From the NCBI GenBank assembly GCA_023227925.1, contig JALOCE010000002.1, positions 1 through 58,615 of the forward strand: a DNA stretch of 58,615 nt. Reading direction: 5' to 3'. This document shows positions 38,042 to 47,382 of the stretch, in pieces (position 1 is the stretch's first letter; every line of letters begins with the position of its first letter). This DNA is from Candidatus Omnitrophota bacterium (GTDB lineage Bacteria > Omnitrophota > Gorgyraeia > Gygaellales > Profunditerraquicolaceae). Under the pieces are notes generated by a model, which saw only the letters and a program-made list of their open reading frames with translations, ran no database searches and was not told where the DNA came from. The position numbers were made by a program, and so were the translations under genes.

Positions 38042-39754
38042 ATGTACGCGAGCGAGGGCGATATTGATATCGATGGCATCGTTGATCGCGCGCGTGATTA
38101 TGTGATAAAAAACGATCGCCGAATGTTTCTGCCGATATTGCGTGAGATCGAGCAGTTCGCGATCGAGCGCGCGATGATATTCGGGGGCCGCACGGGCGTG
38201 CGCGCGCTATGTATTCGAAACAAGCGCGATGATCCGCCGGCGGACTCTGCGCGCCCAGTCGCGTTCGCGGACGAAACTGAGGTCGCGAGCGACTTGTGGA
38301 CGCTCGAGTTATTCAGCAGTAATATCGAAGTCGATATGGAGGATTGTGTCGTGCGCTTGACGGCGCGATTCGGGCGCGCCGCGGGCTCCGAAGATGGTGC
38401 GACGGCGCCAACGCGCGATCCCGAGAAGATCTACCGCGGCGACTGGCGCACAATATTCCTTCGCACCATTATTCCCGGGCAAGAATATCGCTTATCTGCG
38501 GATTACCGCATCGTCGCCATAGGTTATTCGCTGGGCGAGCGCAAGGGCATCGACATTGCGAGCCTGATCGCGCCAATCGCGCATCGCGGACCGTTTGGCG
38601 CCGCACGCGCGCTATTAATGCCGCACGACATGTTGATCGAAAACCTCGCGCATCAGCTGAGCAATCCGCTGCGCGCGGGGAATTGGTCCGATTACGTCGC
38701 GCAGATATGCGAATTATTCAATGCGCGCGTGACTATTGGCGGCGCGGACGACGCGAGCGGTAGCGATAGCGACGAGGAGCAAGATATGACCGGCGGGCGG
38801 CGCGGGCATCGACATCACCACCGAAAAGATCGCGAGCGCGCCGATAGAGAGCAACCCCGAGCGGATGATCGCGCCCGCGATTATCAACGCGACCGCGAGC
38901 AACAACAACAACCGCGCGAGCAACCGCGCGATCGCGAGCAACTATCGCGCGATCACCAGCGTAATCGCGGGCAACAACCATCGCGCGATCATCAACGCGA
39001 TCGCGAACGCGAGCAACCATCGCGCGCACGCGATAGTGGCGGTGATTTTGATTTCCGCGAGTGTCTGCTGATAGGCGAGCATGCGGCAGAATTTTACGTT
39101 AATCCATCCCGCAACCTCGGTCGCCGCGTGCGCGCGCAATATATCTGCGCGTTTGATGATCTCGATGAATATGCGCGCAGCCTGCGCCTCGCGACGAATC
39201 GCGCGGATGTACGCGTGCCGAACGATTTTCGGCTGCGTAAATCGATTCTCAAGGACGCGCGCGGCGAGTTGATCGCGGATTTATTTAACGCGCTCGCATT
39301 CGAGCCGGTGCCATACGTTGTGGCGCCGCCGGCAGTTCTTGCGCGCTGGCGCGGTGGTGTTCCGGGGGAGCATCCGCTGCGGCGAACGGAACGCGTCGCG
39401 GCACCATTCGTCGTTCTGCGCTTCCTTTTCGTTGATATCTGGGCGCTCGAATATGTCGCCAAATCATCGCGCGATGGCGCGATTGCGACGGCGATGCGCG
39501 CGCAACAAGAGCACCTGCGCGACGTCGCGCACGCGCTGTTCGATTGGATAGCGAATGCGCGCGCGATCAACACACTATTCCCGCGCACGTATGCGGGTAT
39601 TTTCGCGCTGGAGGACGCGCAGAAGCGCCAAGTCAAAGCGAAGATGGAAATCGCGTCACGTGCGCCGGCGCGCAAGGGATTGATGAGCGCGGTGGCGAAA
39701 AAAGATCTCATCGCGCTGGGCAATGAGATAACAAGTCGCGTGGAAGCGATATAA
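38042..39754 (+). CDS. hypothetical protein with internal D/R/E/Q low-complexity insert; N-terminus weakly NTase-like
   Basis: The track start 37988 is non-ATG. ATG at 38042 (MYASEGD). IFGGRTGVRAL resembles the GG motif of 9310..10778 but no DxD follows. Imperfect DRE(Q) repeats at ~38820-39030. Confidence 0.55.
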   Translation: MYASEGDIDIDGIVDRARDYVIKNDRRMFLPILREIEQFAIERAMIFGGRTGVRALCIRNKRDDPPADSARPVAFADETEVASDLWTLELFSSNIEVDMEDCVVRLTARFGRAAGSEDGATAPTRDPEKIYRGDWRTIFLRTIIPGQEYRLSADYRIVAIGYSLGERKGIDIASLIAPIAHRGPFGAARALLMPHDMLIENLAHQLSNPLRAGNWSDYVAQICELFNARVTIGGADDASGSDSDEEQDMTGGRRGHRHHHRKDRERADREQPRADDRARDYQRDREQQQQPREQPRDREQLSRDHQRNRGQQPSRDHQRDREREQPSRARDSGGDFDFRECLLIGEHAAEFYVNPSRNLGRRVRAQYICAFDDLDEYARSLRLATNRADVRVPNDFRLRKSILKDARGELIADLFNALAFEPVPYVVAPPAVLARWRGGVPGEHPLRRTERVAAPFVVLRFLFVDIWALEYVAKSSRDGAIATAMRAQQEHLRDVAHALFDWIANARAINTLFPRTYAGIFALEDAQKRQVKAKMEIASRAPARKGLMSAVAKKDLIALGNEITSRVEAI

Positions 39755-39775
39755 TATGCGCGCACTGGCGCGCGT

Positions 39776-40417
39776 TTATTGATCGTCATCGCCGGAATCC
39801 TCGTCAATATCCGCGCTCGCAACGTCCGCGAGCGACGCGTTCGCGACAATCGGCGCAGCGGCGCTCTTCTTTTTCGCGGGCGCGCGCGGTTTCCGCGGTG
39901 CGGTGGTCGCTTTTTTCGGCGGTTCTGGCGCAGCGGGATCTGTTGTCGAGGTTGCCGCGGGCGTTGTCGGCGCTGGTTCATCATCGGCGGCGGTGTGTCC
40001 GTGTTCCTTCTTGTACGCCTCGCGCGCCGCCGCGTATCCGGCCTTGATGGCGTCGTATTTCGACGTATCGACGTTATGCATCAATTTATCGTATACCGTT
40101 TGTGCCTCGATGGTCGTTTTCGCCTCCTCGGTCGTCGCGGCGACGTATTTCTTGTCGTCGTGAACGGCGCTGGCGATCGCGGCGTGCTTCGCGCGAATAT
40201 CGGCGTCCTTCATGTATTGCGCGACGAACCATTGCTTCGCGTTCTGCGGGAATTTGGCGGTGCGCGGCGCCGGTTTCGCGCGAGAATTATTCCCCTCGCG
40301 CAAGAGCTGCTCGAGCGTTGATTCGATCGCCCCCAGTTTATTGCCGATCAGATCACGCATCTGCGCGATTGCCTCGAGAATTTTCTGGTTATCTACCGCT
40401 ACCGTGCGATCTGCCAT
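39776..40417 (-). CDS. Lys-rich putative chromatin/DNA-binding protein (HMG-box-like middle, basic PKK/AKKK tail, acidic end)
   Basis: Its composition departs from its neighbours (Lys instead of Arg). KFPQNAKQWFVAQYMKD...KYDAIKAGYAAAREAYKKEH is HMG-like (weak). AAAAAAATTGAAT lies upstream (40452-40464, minus strand). Confidence 0.55.
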   Translation of the reverse strand: MADRTVAVDNQKILEAIAQMRDLIGNKLGAIESTLEQLLREGNNSRAKPAPRTAKFPQNAKQWFVAQYMKDADIRAKHAAIASAVHDDKKYVAATTEEAKTTIEAQTVYDKLMHNVDTSKYDAIKAGYAAAREAYKKEHGHTAADDEPAPTTPAATSTTDPAAPEPPKKATTAPRKPRAPAKKKSAAAPIVANASLADVASADIDEDSGDDDQ

Positions 40418-40451
40418 GTTATCGAGTGTGTGTAATGATGAAAAGATATAT

Positions 40452-40464
40452 ATTCAATTTTTTT
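40452..40464 (-). promoter_or_regulatory. early-type promoter motif AAAAAAATTGAAT (minus strand) upstream of 39776..40417
   Basis: The plus strand reads ATTCAATTTTTTT, ~35-47 nt upstream of ATG 40417. Confidence 0.5.
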
Positions 40465-40546
40465 CTATATGGGCGGCGGCGCGCGCGTGGCGCAGCGAGC
40501 GTAAATCAAAAAAGAAAGGGTCGCGCGCGGGAACGCTGCGCGGTAA

Positions 40547-42118
40547 TCATGATGTGCTCGCGGCGGCGCGCTCCTTGGTGATTCTCTCGAGTTTATCGCG
40601 CGACATGACCGCTTCGCCAAGGACGCGCTCGCCTTCCGCGACCAATTCCTTCGCTTCGGGCGCGAGATCATCCGATGGGCGCGTGATGGACGCGCGGATC
40701 AGCGCGAAGAAATCCTTCGTCGCGCAGGTTATGGTGCTCTCGTATGGCGATTCATCCGGTATTTTGGGCGCGATTTCGGCAGTGGGTGAAATCAGCGCGA
40801 GCACATCTCGCGCCGTCATCTCCTCGCGATGGGGCTCCGACGGCGCGCTCGTGCTGGTTTCGGGTTCATCTTCGCGCACGTCCTCGATCTTCGCGCGCGC
40901 AGGGTCTTCTTCGTCGTCGATCATGCGCGATTCCGGTTCCGCGGGCGCGGTGGTCGCTGGCGCGGTAGTTGTGCGCAATTCTGGTTCTGTCGACGGAAAA
41001 GTACCAGCCTTTACGCGGCAAACGAGTTTGCATGTGGTCGTATCGCCCGAAATGGAATATGTGATGCACGCCGGCACTGGCGCAATCATCTCGCCGATTC
41101 GCGTCGCCGCGGGCGCACCCGCGATGGAAATGTCGCGCACGACCGATCCAAAATCGGGGCTTTCAACCACGCGCACGTCAATCGCGAGGCGAATGACCGC
41201 GGAATTCTGCTCGATACGCCGCTTCGCGATGCTCGGGCCCACATTCGCGATAAAGCGCCCGAACATCACGAGATTATCGGGCTCCATCGCGCGCTTCCAA
41301 TCGTCGACCACGCTCGCGATGAACGCGCGCGTTTCAACGGTCGATTGCGTTGATGCGCGCAGCGCTAGCCGAAAATAGCGCGCCTCCTCGAGCGATGCTG
41401 GCGCGTCATCGGCGAATGCCTGCGGAAATTCGCCGCGCAGAAGATGGTTAAGCACGGTATACGCGGATATTCCGCTTTTGCATGGCGCGACGCGGGCGAA
41501 TAATTTCGGCGCGACGCGAAGAGTATTGACGGGCATCGCGGGCGCAGGCGGGGAGGAGGAGGCATCATCGGCGGCGCGAGCGAACTCGGGGTCGAGCATT
41601 ATCACAACGCACTCGCGCATATCGTGCTGCGATGGAGTCTCCGGCGCGACGATTGCGCGGAAAATATCGGGCGACCATTTTGCGTTGAGCGCCACTATAA
41701 TATGGGGTCGGCACTCCGCCAGCTCGCGCGCAATAATCTCGGGATTCGCGTCGCCAGGAAGCGCCGCGACTGCCTTTTCGCACTCTATGATCGCGGAAAC
41801 CGCGGATTCGAACATGCTGCCGGCATCGTAAAGAACGGATACACGCGACGCGGGCGCGCGGCTCTCGGAATCGGAGGAGGCGGCGGGAGCTATAGTGCTA
41901 AAATCAGAATCGCTGGCGTCCGCGGCGCTCCCCGACGGCGCTAATCCCTCGGCTTTCCGCGCGAGCCCAGTCGCGGCTGCGATGGAACTGCCGAGCATTT
42001 CCTCTATCTTCGCGGCGCGCTCGGCGAGAATTTGTCGCGCAGCATCGCGATCATCGGTCGCGGAAGCGACAGCAACGGTAGCGTCGCTGCCGCTTTCGGG
42101 GCGCGGTTGTTCTTCCAT
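40547..42118 (-). CDS. hypothetical protein (523 aa)
   Basis: ATG is preceded by GCGCGTGTATATAGTAATATCACGCA. A6 at 40508-40513 lies after the stop. Confidence 0.6.
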   Translation of the reverse strand: MEEQPRPESGSDATVAVASATDDRDAARQILAERAAKIEEMLGSSIAAATGLARKAEGLAPSGSAADASDSDFSTIAPAASSDSESRAPASRVSVLYDAGSMFESAVSAIIECEKAVAALPGDANPEIIARELAECRPHIIVALNAKWSPDIFRAIVAPETPSQHDMRECVVIMLDPEFARAADDASSSPPAPAMPVNTLRVAPKLFARVAPCKSGISAYTVLNHLLRGEFPQAFADDAPASLEEARYFRLALRASTQSTVETRAFIASVVDDWKRAMEPDNLVMFGRFIANVGPSIAKRRIEQNSAVIRLAIDVRVVESPDFGSVVRDISIAGAPAATRIGEMIAPVPACITYSISGDTTTCKLVCRVKAGTFPSTEPELRTTTAPATTAPAEPESRMIDDEEDPARAKIEDVREDEPETSTSAPSEPHREEMTARDVLALISPTAEIAPKIPDESPYESTITCATKDFFALIRASITRPSDDLAPEAKELVAEGERVLGEAVMSRDKLERITKERAAASTS

Positions 42119-42157
42119 TGCGTGATATTACTATATACACGCGCGCCATTATTAAAT

Positions 42158-42700
42158 ATGTCGAGCGAACGCTGCGATGATGGTAATAATTCGCGCTCGC
42201 GTGCGAATGATGACGCGCGAATACGAGCCGCGCGCTTGCTGGTGGCGGCGCCAATTATTGTTGCATTCGCGGATAACAGCGCGCGCGATGGCGGCGGCGC
42301 GCGCGATAAAATTCTCTCACTTATGCGCGATGAATGGAAGCAAACCGGTGAGATTGTTATGCGTGACTCTGCGCTCGCGCCGTACGACGCGCTGCATCTG
42401 CGAATGAGTAAGGTGCCGCGCGGATACCGCATCAACATCGCGGTTCCCGCGGGATTCGAGCGCGCGCTGCGAGAGAAATTCGCGCTATTCCGCGCAGCTG
42501 CGCGATCGTTTTGGCGCGAAATCGCGGACGATATGACGCGCGCGCGATGCGATGAAGAGCCGCGCGGGCTATGCGAGACAGAATCCGCTGTTTATTGGTA
42601 TACTCCGCGCGCGAACGATGATGAATTTTGGGTCGGGATCGTCGGCTACTTCACGGATAGCTCCGGGAAGAAATATATGGTCGATGGAAAGCGCTGTTGA
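42158..42700 (+). CDS. hypothetical protein
   Basis: ATG is preceded by CCATTATTAAAT. Divergent from 42118(-). Contains a degenerate repeat-like YTPRANDDE (42597-42625). Confidence 0.5.
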   Translation: MSSERCDDGNNSRSRANDDARIRAARLLVAAPIIVAFADNSARDGGGARDKILSLMRDEWKQTGEIVMRDSALAPYDALHLRMSKVPRGYRINIAVPAGFERALREKFALFRAAARSFWREIADDMTRARCDEEPRGLCETESAVYWYTPRANDDEFWVGIVGYFTDSSGKKYMVDGKRC

Positions 42701-43088
42701 TCCAGCCGCGCAACCGTGGTGGTTGCTCGCGCGGGTATTAATAATCGCGACCATCGCGCTTATGGGTTGTTTATCCGCATGCGCGGGCAGTGTATCGATA
42801 TTCCTGCTGCGGCTGCCGCGAGTATTACAGCGCGCGCCGATCGGCGTTTTCGATATGGAAAGCGGGCGCGCGAGTACCGCGGATCCGCGCGCGGCGTACG
42901 CGAATGGTTCGGATCGCGCGGTCGAAATCGCTGGTTGCGCGGCCGAAATCGCGGAGCGCGCGTGCAATATCGCTCTCGAAAGGATGGGGCGTGGTGCGGC
43001 GACACGTCAAGACGCGGCGACACCATTCGTTGTCATTCGCGAGATCGGGGGAGGCGGCAGCGGCGGCGACGCACCACATCGCGAATGA
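42684..43088 (+). CDS. membrane protein (134 aa)
   Basis: ATG is preceded by GAAGAAATATATGGTCG. TM segment WWLLARVLIIATIALMGCLSA. Overlaps the previous stop by 17 nt. Confidence 0.4.
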   Translation: MESAVDPAAQPWWLLARVLIIATIALMGCLSACAGSVSIFLLRLPRVLQRAPIGVFDMESGRASTADPRAAYANGSDRAVEIAGCAAEIAERACNIALERMGRGAATRQDAATPFVVIREIGGGGSGGDAPHRE

Positions 43089-43184
43089 CTATGCGCGATT
43101 GTTGTCGCGCGTGACCCCCCATTTTTTTCGCGCATACGGACTCGCGTCCACGCAAAAATGAAGACAATCCCTCGCAAAATACGC

Positions 43185-46100
43185 ATGGGTCGCCCGCGAG
43201 TATTTCCGAGGCTGGATCCAGCGATTAATGCGGAACCACTGGCGCGCAAGCGTTTGATTGTATTCTCGCCCAGCGCGCGCAACTATCTGCGATTCGATGG
43301 CGATACATTTCGCGCGTGCGCCGAGCAACTACGCGATGAAATTAGCGCGCGTGCACCGCGTGAGAGTGATTTCCAGGAGGTCATTATCGGCGATGATTGG
43401 CATCGCATCGCGCTAGATCTCGATTACGACTTGCGCGTTGGGGTCAATACAAGCGATTTCGCGCGCGCACGCGATTGGTTCTGGGGCGCGATTCGCGAGA
43501 TAATATGCGCGGCGATCGACGTTTATTATCACATGTTCGACGACGTGATTTCCGCGCGCGATTTTATCGTATGCGAGTCAATCGACCCGCGCGAGCCTGC
43601 GAGAATGGGCGCGCACATAATCATCGCGCGGATGGTCCCTAATTATCGCGTCGCGGCGCATATGACCGACCTTATTATTCGCGCGTGTGATGGCGGCCGC
43701 GATAGCGCGAGTATCGGTGACGAAGAGAGCCATCGCGCGGCTGAACTTATTGATCGCGCGATAAATGCAACGCGACATAATCTGCGATGCGCAGAGTGCG
43801 TAAAACCGGGGTCGCTCCGAATAAAACGCGCGCCGCCGGACGTGTGCTTCGCTGATACATTCGTTGGCGCGCCCGCGCGGCGAGTGCCCGAGGATCGCGC
43901 AGAATATTGGGTAACCGCGTCGCGTCGCGCGGTCAATGGGGCCGATGTCGCGGCAAGAGCCGACGTTACGCGCGCGTGCGAATTGATAGATGCGAAATAT
44001 GGGCGCGGCGTTCATCGCTTTCGCAGACAATGCGGCGCGATCGTCACGTTTGATCGCTTGCGCGCGAGCGATTGCGAGCTATGCGGTCGCGCGCACGATA
44101 AGGATAACACGGTTATTGTCGCCATTTCGCGCGCCCCCGGCGGCGAGACTTATTATCGCGAGCAATGCAGACATAATCTCGCGGAGCGCGGCGGTGGTGC
44201 TATTCTTCTCGAAGCGACGCGCGATGATGACGGAATTGATGATGCGCTCGCACGTGCCGAGGCGCCCATCGCGTCTTTGTCGTCATGGGAATCGCGAATC
44301 GCGCGCGCCGCGTATGCTGAGCCCAATATGCGCGACTATCCACGGTTTATTCCGGGCGCGGATAACACGCTCGCGCGTACCGTATTCGTGCGCGCGCCAA
44401 TGAAGCTGGGTAAAACAAAAGCGCTGTCGCGATATGTGGGCGAATGGGCGCCCGGCGATGCGCGCGTGGTATTTGTGTCGTTTCGCCGCACGTTCTCGGA
44501 TTCTCTCGCGCAGCGCTTTCCAGATTTCTCTCGCTACGATGAGATAAAGGGCGCGCTCGACGCGCCGCGCATGATCGTACAAGTAGAATCGCTGCACCGC
44601 ATCGCGCCCGATAAGCTCGGCGAGATTGATCTGCTCATCCTCGACGAATCGGAATCTGTCCTCGACCAATTCGATTCGGGGCTATCCGCGGACCGCGCGC
44701 ACGATTTCGCGGTGTTCCAATGGCTTACGCGGACCGCGCGCGTCGTTATCGCGATGGACGCGTTTCTCGGCGAGCGTACTTTCGCGGTTCTCGCGCGCAT
44801 TCGCGGCGCGGGTGGTGCAGTTGCGGTGATAAACGATTGGAAAAACGCGCGCGACGATCGCTATTTCATCACATCGAGCCGCGATCAGTGGCTCGCCGCT
44901 CTGCTCGAATGCATCGCGCGGCGCGAGCGCATTGTCGTGTGCGCGAATAGCGCGACTGAAGGGCGCGCGATTAATGAATTACTCACGCGCAAACTCGCGA
45001 CGCGCGATGGTAATACTTCGCGCGCTAGCGTGAGTGATGGTGCCGGGGCGGAATCATGCTCGAACGCGCGCGTAAAATTCTACTGCGCAGAGACGCCGAC
45101 GCATACAAAGCGGCGCGATTTCGCGGATGTCGATCGCGCGTGGATGGACTGCGAGGTGCTAATTTATACGCCGACGCTGACCGCGGGCGTATCATTCGAG
45201 CGCGCGCATTTCGATAGGATGTTCGGCTATTTCACGGATCGCTCATGCGGCGCGCTGACGTGCATCCAAATGATGGGGCGCATCCGCGATATTACCCAGC
45301 GCCAAGCATTTATTTGCCTCTCGACCACGCCAGGATCGCTTCCGGAGACGCGCGAGGAAATGATATTGTGCCTGCGCCTGCGTAAGGGCGCGATTCTGTC
45401 GCGCGATTTGCCCGACGTTGAGTATACCGACGCTGGATTACCTCGCATTCCGGACACCGATTATGCCGAGCTGCGCGTGCAAAACGCGATCGCGCGCAAC
45501 CGCTCGCGTAATGCGTTCGCGGACGAATTCGCGCGCGCGATTTGCTCGGCGGGTGCGCGCGCCGAAAGATTAACGCCAGAGGCGTTCGCGCGGATATTTG
45601 GGCGCGCTGTGGATCCGCAAGAGCTCGGGCGTGCGCATGATGAACGCGTCCGCGCGTGTGCCGAAGTGACCGAGAGAATGGCGCGCGCGATCGCAGAGGC
45701 GCGCGAATTGGTCGGTGATGAGTTCATGGCGCTCGCGGCGGCGCGTGATAATGTGAGCGAAGATGATCGCGCAGCGATGCGGAAATATGAACTGCGCGCA
45801 ACGTATCGCGAGCACTCGCGCCCGTTGACGCCCGAATTCGTGATGACGTTCGCGCGAGACGATCTTATGGTCGCGTTTCGCAACCTGCGCGATTTATGCG
45901 ATGCGTGGGCGCGCGCCCGCAATAACACGCGCGCGCTGGGCGAAATGACCGAGAAGGATGTGACGCTGCGCGCGCTCACCGACATTCGCGCGATCGAAGC
46001 CGCGCATATGCAGAGCGCGACCGCGAGCGAGAACGCCGATGATGCCGCGATTGACGCTGCATCGGCGCGCGAATTCGACTTTGATTACGCGTATGAGCGC

Positions 46101-46454
46101 CACCGCCTCATGTACTGCTGCGTCACGATTCTCGGATTCGAGAGCGTATTTGATCCGCGCATGCTCGCGGTGCGCGAGGTAGAATCGCGCGTGAGCTGCA
46201 ATTTGGGGCGAATATCCGCGGGCGGTGGCGCATTATGGCGCGCGCTTGCGAATCAGTTTAAAGTCGCGCCGCTACGGATCGGTGGGCGCGCGGTCGCGGT
46301 ATCGACTGCGGGTTTCATCGAGGTCGTGCGCGGCGTGCTTTTATCGACGTATGCAATCGCGCTTGTTCGCGCGGGTGATCTTTACCATCTCGAGATCGCG
46401 CGCGAGTTCAAGCGCCAACCGAATGGCACGCTCGTCGTGGCAGCGCCACCGTAA
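43185..46454 (+). CDS. AEP primase fused to UL9-like SF2 helicase (ASFV F1055L-type architecture)
   Basis: N-terminal IALDLDYD (DxD) and GAHIII (H motif). Zinc cluster CELCGRAHD...C.H. Helicase motifs APMKLGKTKA (I), LLILDESESV (II), VIAMDAF (III-like). The track start 43158 lies inside an AAAAATGAAG promoter-like motif, so the next ATG at 43185 is preferred. One dispersed repeat at 45003-45041. Confidence 0.8.
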   Translation: MGRPRVFPRLDPAINAEPLARKRLIVFSPSARNYLRFDGDTFRACAEQLRDEISARAPRESDFQEVIIGDDWHRIALDLDYDLRVGVNTSDFARARDWFWGAIREIICAAIDVYYHMFDDVISARDFIVCESIDPREPARMGAHIIIARMVPNYRVAAHMTDLIIRACDGGRDSASIGDEESHRAAELIDRAINATRHNLRCAECVKPGSLRIKRAPPDVCFADTFVGAPARRVPEDRAEYWVTASRRAVNGADVAARADVTRACELIDAKYGRGVHRFRRQCGAIVTFDRLRASDCELCGRAHDKDNTVIVAISRAPGGETYYREQCRHNLAERGGGAILLEATRDDDGIDDALARAEAPIASLSSWESRIARAAYAEPNMRDYPRFIPGADNTLARTVFVRAPMKLGKTKALSRYVGEWAPGDARVVFVSFRRTFSDSLAQRFPDFSRYDEIKGALDAPRMIVQVESLHRIAPDKLGEIDLLILDESESVLDQFDSGLSADRAHDFAVFQWLTRTARVVIAMDAFLGERTFAVLARIRGAGGAVAVINDWKNARDDRYFITSSRDQWLAALLECIARRERIVVCANSATEGRAINELLTRKLATRDGNTSRASVSDGAGAESCSNARVKFYCAETPTHTKRRDFADVDRAWMDCEVLIYTPTLTAGVSFERAHFDRMFGYFTDRSCGALTCIQMMGRIRDITQRQAFICLSTTPGSLPETREEMILCLRLRKGAILSRDLPDVEYTDAGLPRIPDTDYAELRVQNAIARNRSRNAFADEFARAICSAGARAERLTPEAFARIFGRAVDPQELGRAHDERVRACAEVTERMARAIAEARELVGDEFMALAAARDNVSEDDRAAMRKYELRATYREHSRPLTPEFVMTFARDDLMVAFRNLRDLCDAWARARNNTRALGEMTEKDVTLRALTDIRAIEAAHMQSATASENADDAAIDAASAREFDFDYAYERHRLMYCCVTILGFESVFDPRMLAVREVESRVSCNLGRISAGGGALWRALANQFKVAPLRIGGRAVAVSTAGFIEVVRGVLLSTYAIALVRAGDLYHLEIAREFKRQPNGTLVVAAPP
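45003..45041 (+). repeat. dispersed repeat, single copy (sense; RDGNTSRASVSDG) in the primase-helicase
   Basis: CGCGATGGTAATACTTCGCGCGCTAGCGTGAGTGATGGT. Confidence 0.85.
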
Positions 46455-46480
46455 TCGCGCGGGCTTCCGCGCGTGCGCGG

Positions 46481-46487
46481 TTTTTTT
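46481..46487 (+). terminator. T7 run after the primase-helicase stop
   Basis: GCGTGCGCGG-TTTTTTT-CGCG. Confidence 0.45.
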
Positions 46488-46499
46488 CGCGCCCGCGCG

Positions 46500-46530
46500 A
46501 ATGATGGTAATACTCTGCGCGAGTGATGGG
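46500..46530 (+). repeat. dispersed repeat, degenerate intergenic copy
   Basis: AATGATGGTAATACTCTGCGCGAGTGATGGG lies between stop 46454 and start 46560. It is followed by GAATATACTCCGCGAA-ATG. Confidence 0.7.
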
Positions 46531-46559
46531 AGAGGTGCGCGACGAATATACTCCGCGAA

Positions 46560-47333
46560 ATGTTATCATCGGCAGTGAAGGGGGTCGCAGATGCACTCGG
46601 CGCGGCTGGCGATGATGAATTTACCGCGCGATTGACGCGCTTTACGCACCTCGGCGCGCGCTATCTGGCCGCGCTCAGCGCGGATTTGCGCGAGAAAATG
46701 ATCGGTATTGTTCTCGATGAATTATGCGCGCTTCGCGTTGTTAATTCAACTGCGCGCGCAGGCGAGATCAATCCGCGCGCGACGGCGCGCGCCATTGAAT
46801 CAATCTCGCGCACAATCACATCCGCGAGCGATATTGAGCGCGCGAGCTGGGGGCATAGCGCGGCGCGAAAAATACCGCGTGCGTGCGTGAAAATCGTATC
46901 GCGCGCGCTGGATGCGCTTCCGCGTGTCGGGACAATTCTCGAGCTGGCGCCCGCGGGATGTGAATTTATCGCGCGCGACGCGTTGGGAACACGCGATTCC
47001 AGCGCACGCGTCATCCACGAATCGCGCGACCTACCATCGCTCGCTGATTGGACGGCGACAGCGAGCGCTCGCGATATACAAACAATTATCATCAACGCGG
47101 TGGGCTTGCGCGCGCTGACATACGTTTTCGCTGAGTTCGCGCGTGCGATGGTGGCGCGCAATCCCGCGGTATTCGTTATCATGGTCCACGACGCGGATAT
47201 TGTGATCAACTTCTTCCTCGCGATCGTAACGACGCGCGTTGGCTGCGCTAGCGGGGAGGGTATAGCGCTGACCATCATCTCGGATAGCGAAAAAAAGATC
47301 GTAAGCGTGAGCGATATCGTCGGGATTGATTGA
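46560..47333 (+). CDS. hypothetical protein
   Basis: ATG is preceded by GACGAATATACTCCGCGAA. T6 at 47386-47391 lies downstream. Confidence 0.5.
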   Translation: MLSSAVKGVADALGAAGDDEFTARLTRFTHLGARYLAALSADLREKMIGIVLDELCALRVVNSTARAGEINPRATARAIESISRTITSASDIERASWGHSAARKIPRACVKIVSRALDALPRVGTILELAPAGCEFIARDALGTRDSSARVIHESRDLPSLADWTATASARDIQTIIINAVGLRALTYVFAEFARAMVARNPAVFVIMVHDADIVINFFLAIVTTRVGCASGEGIALTIISDSEKKIVSVSDIVGID

Positions 47334-47382
47334 TCGCGCGACGCGCGTGCATGCGCATCGCGCGCATACATACTCGCGCGCC

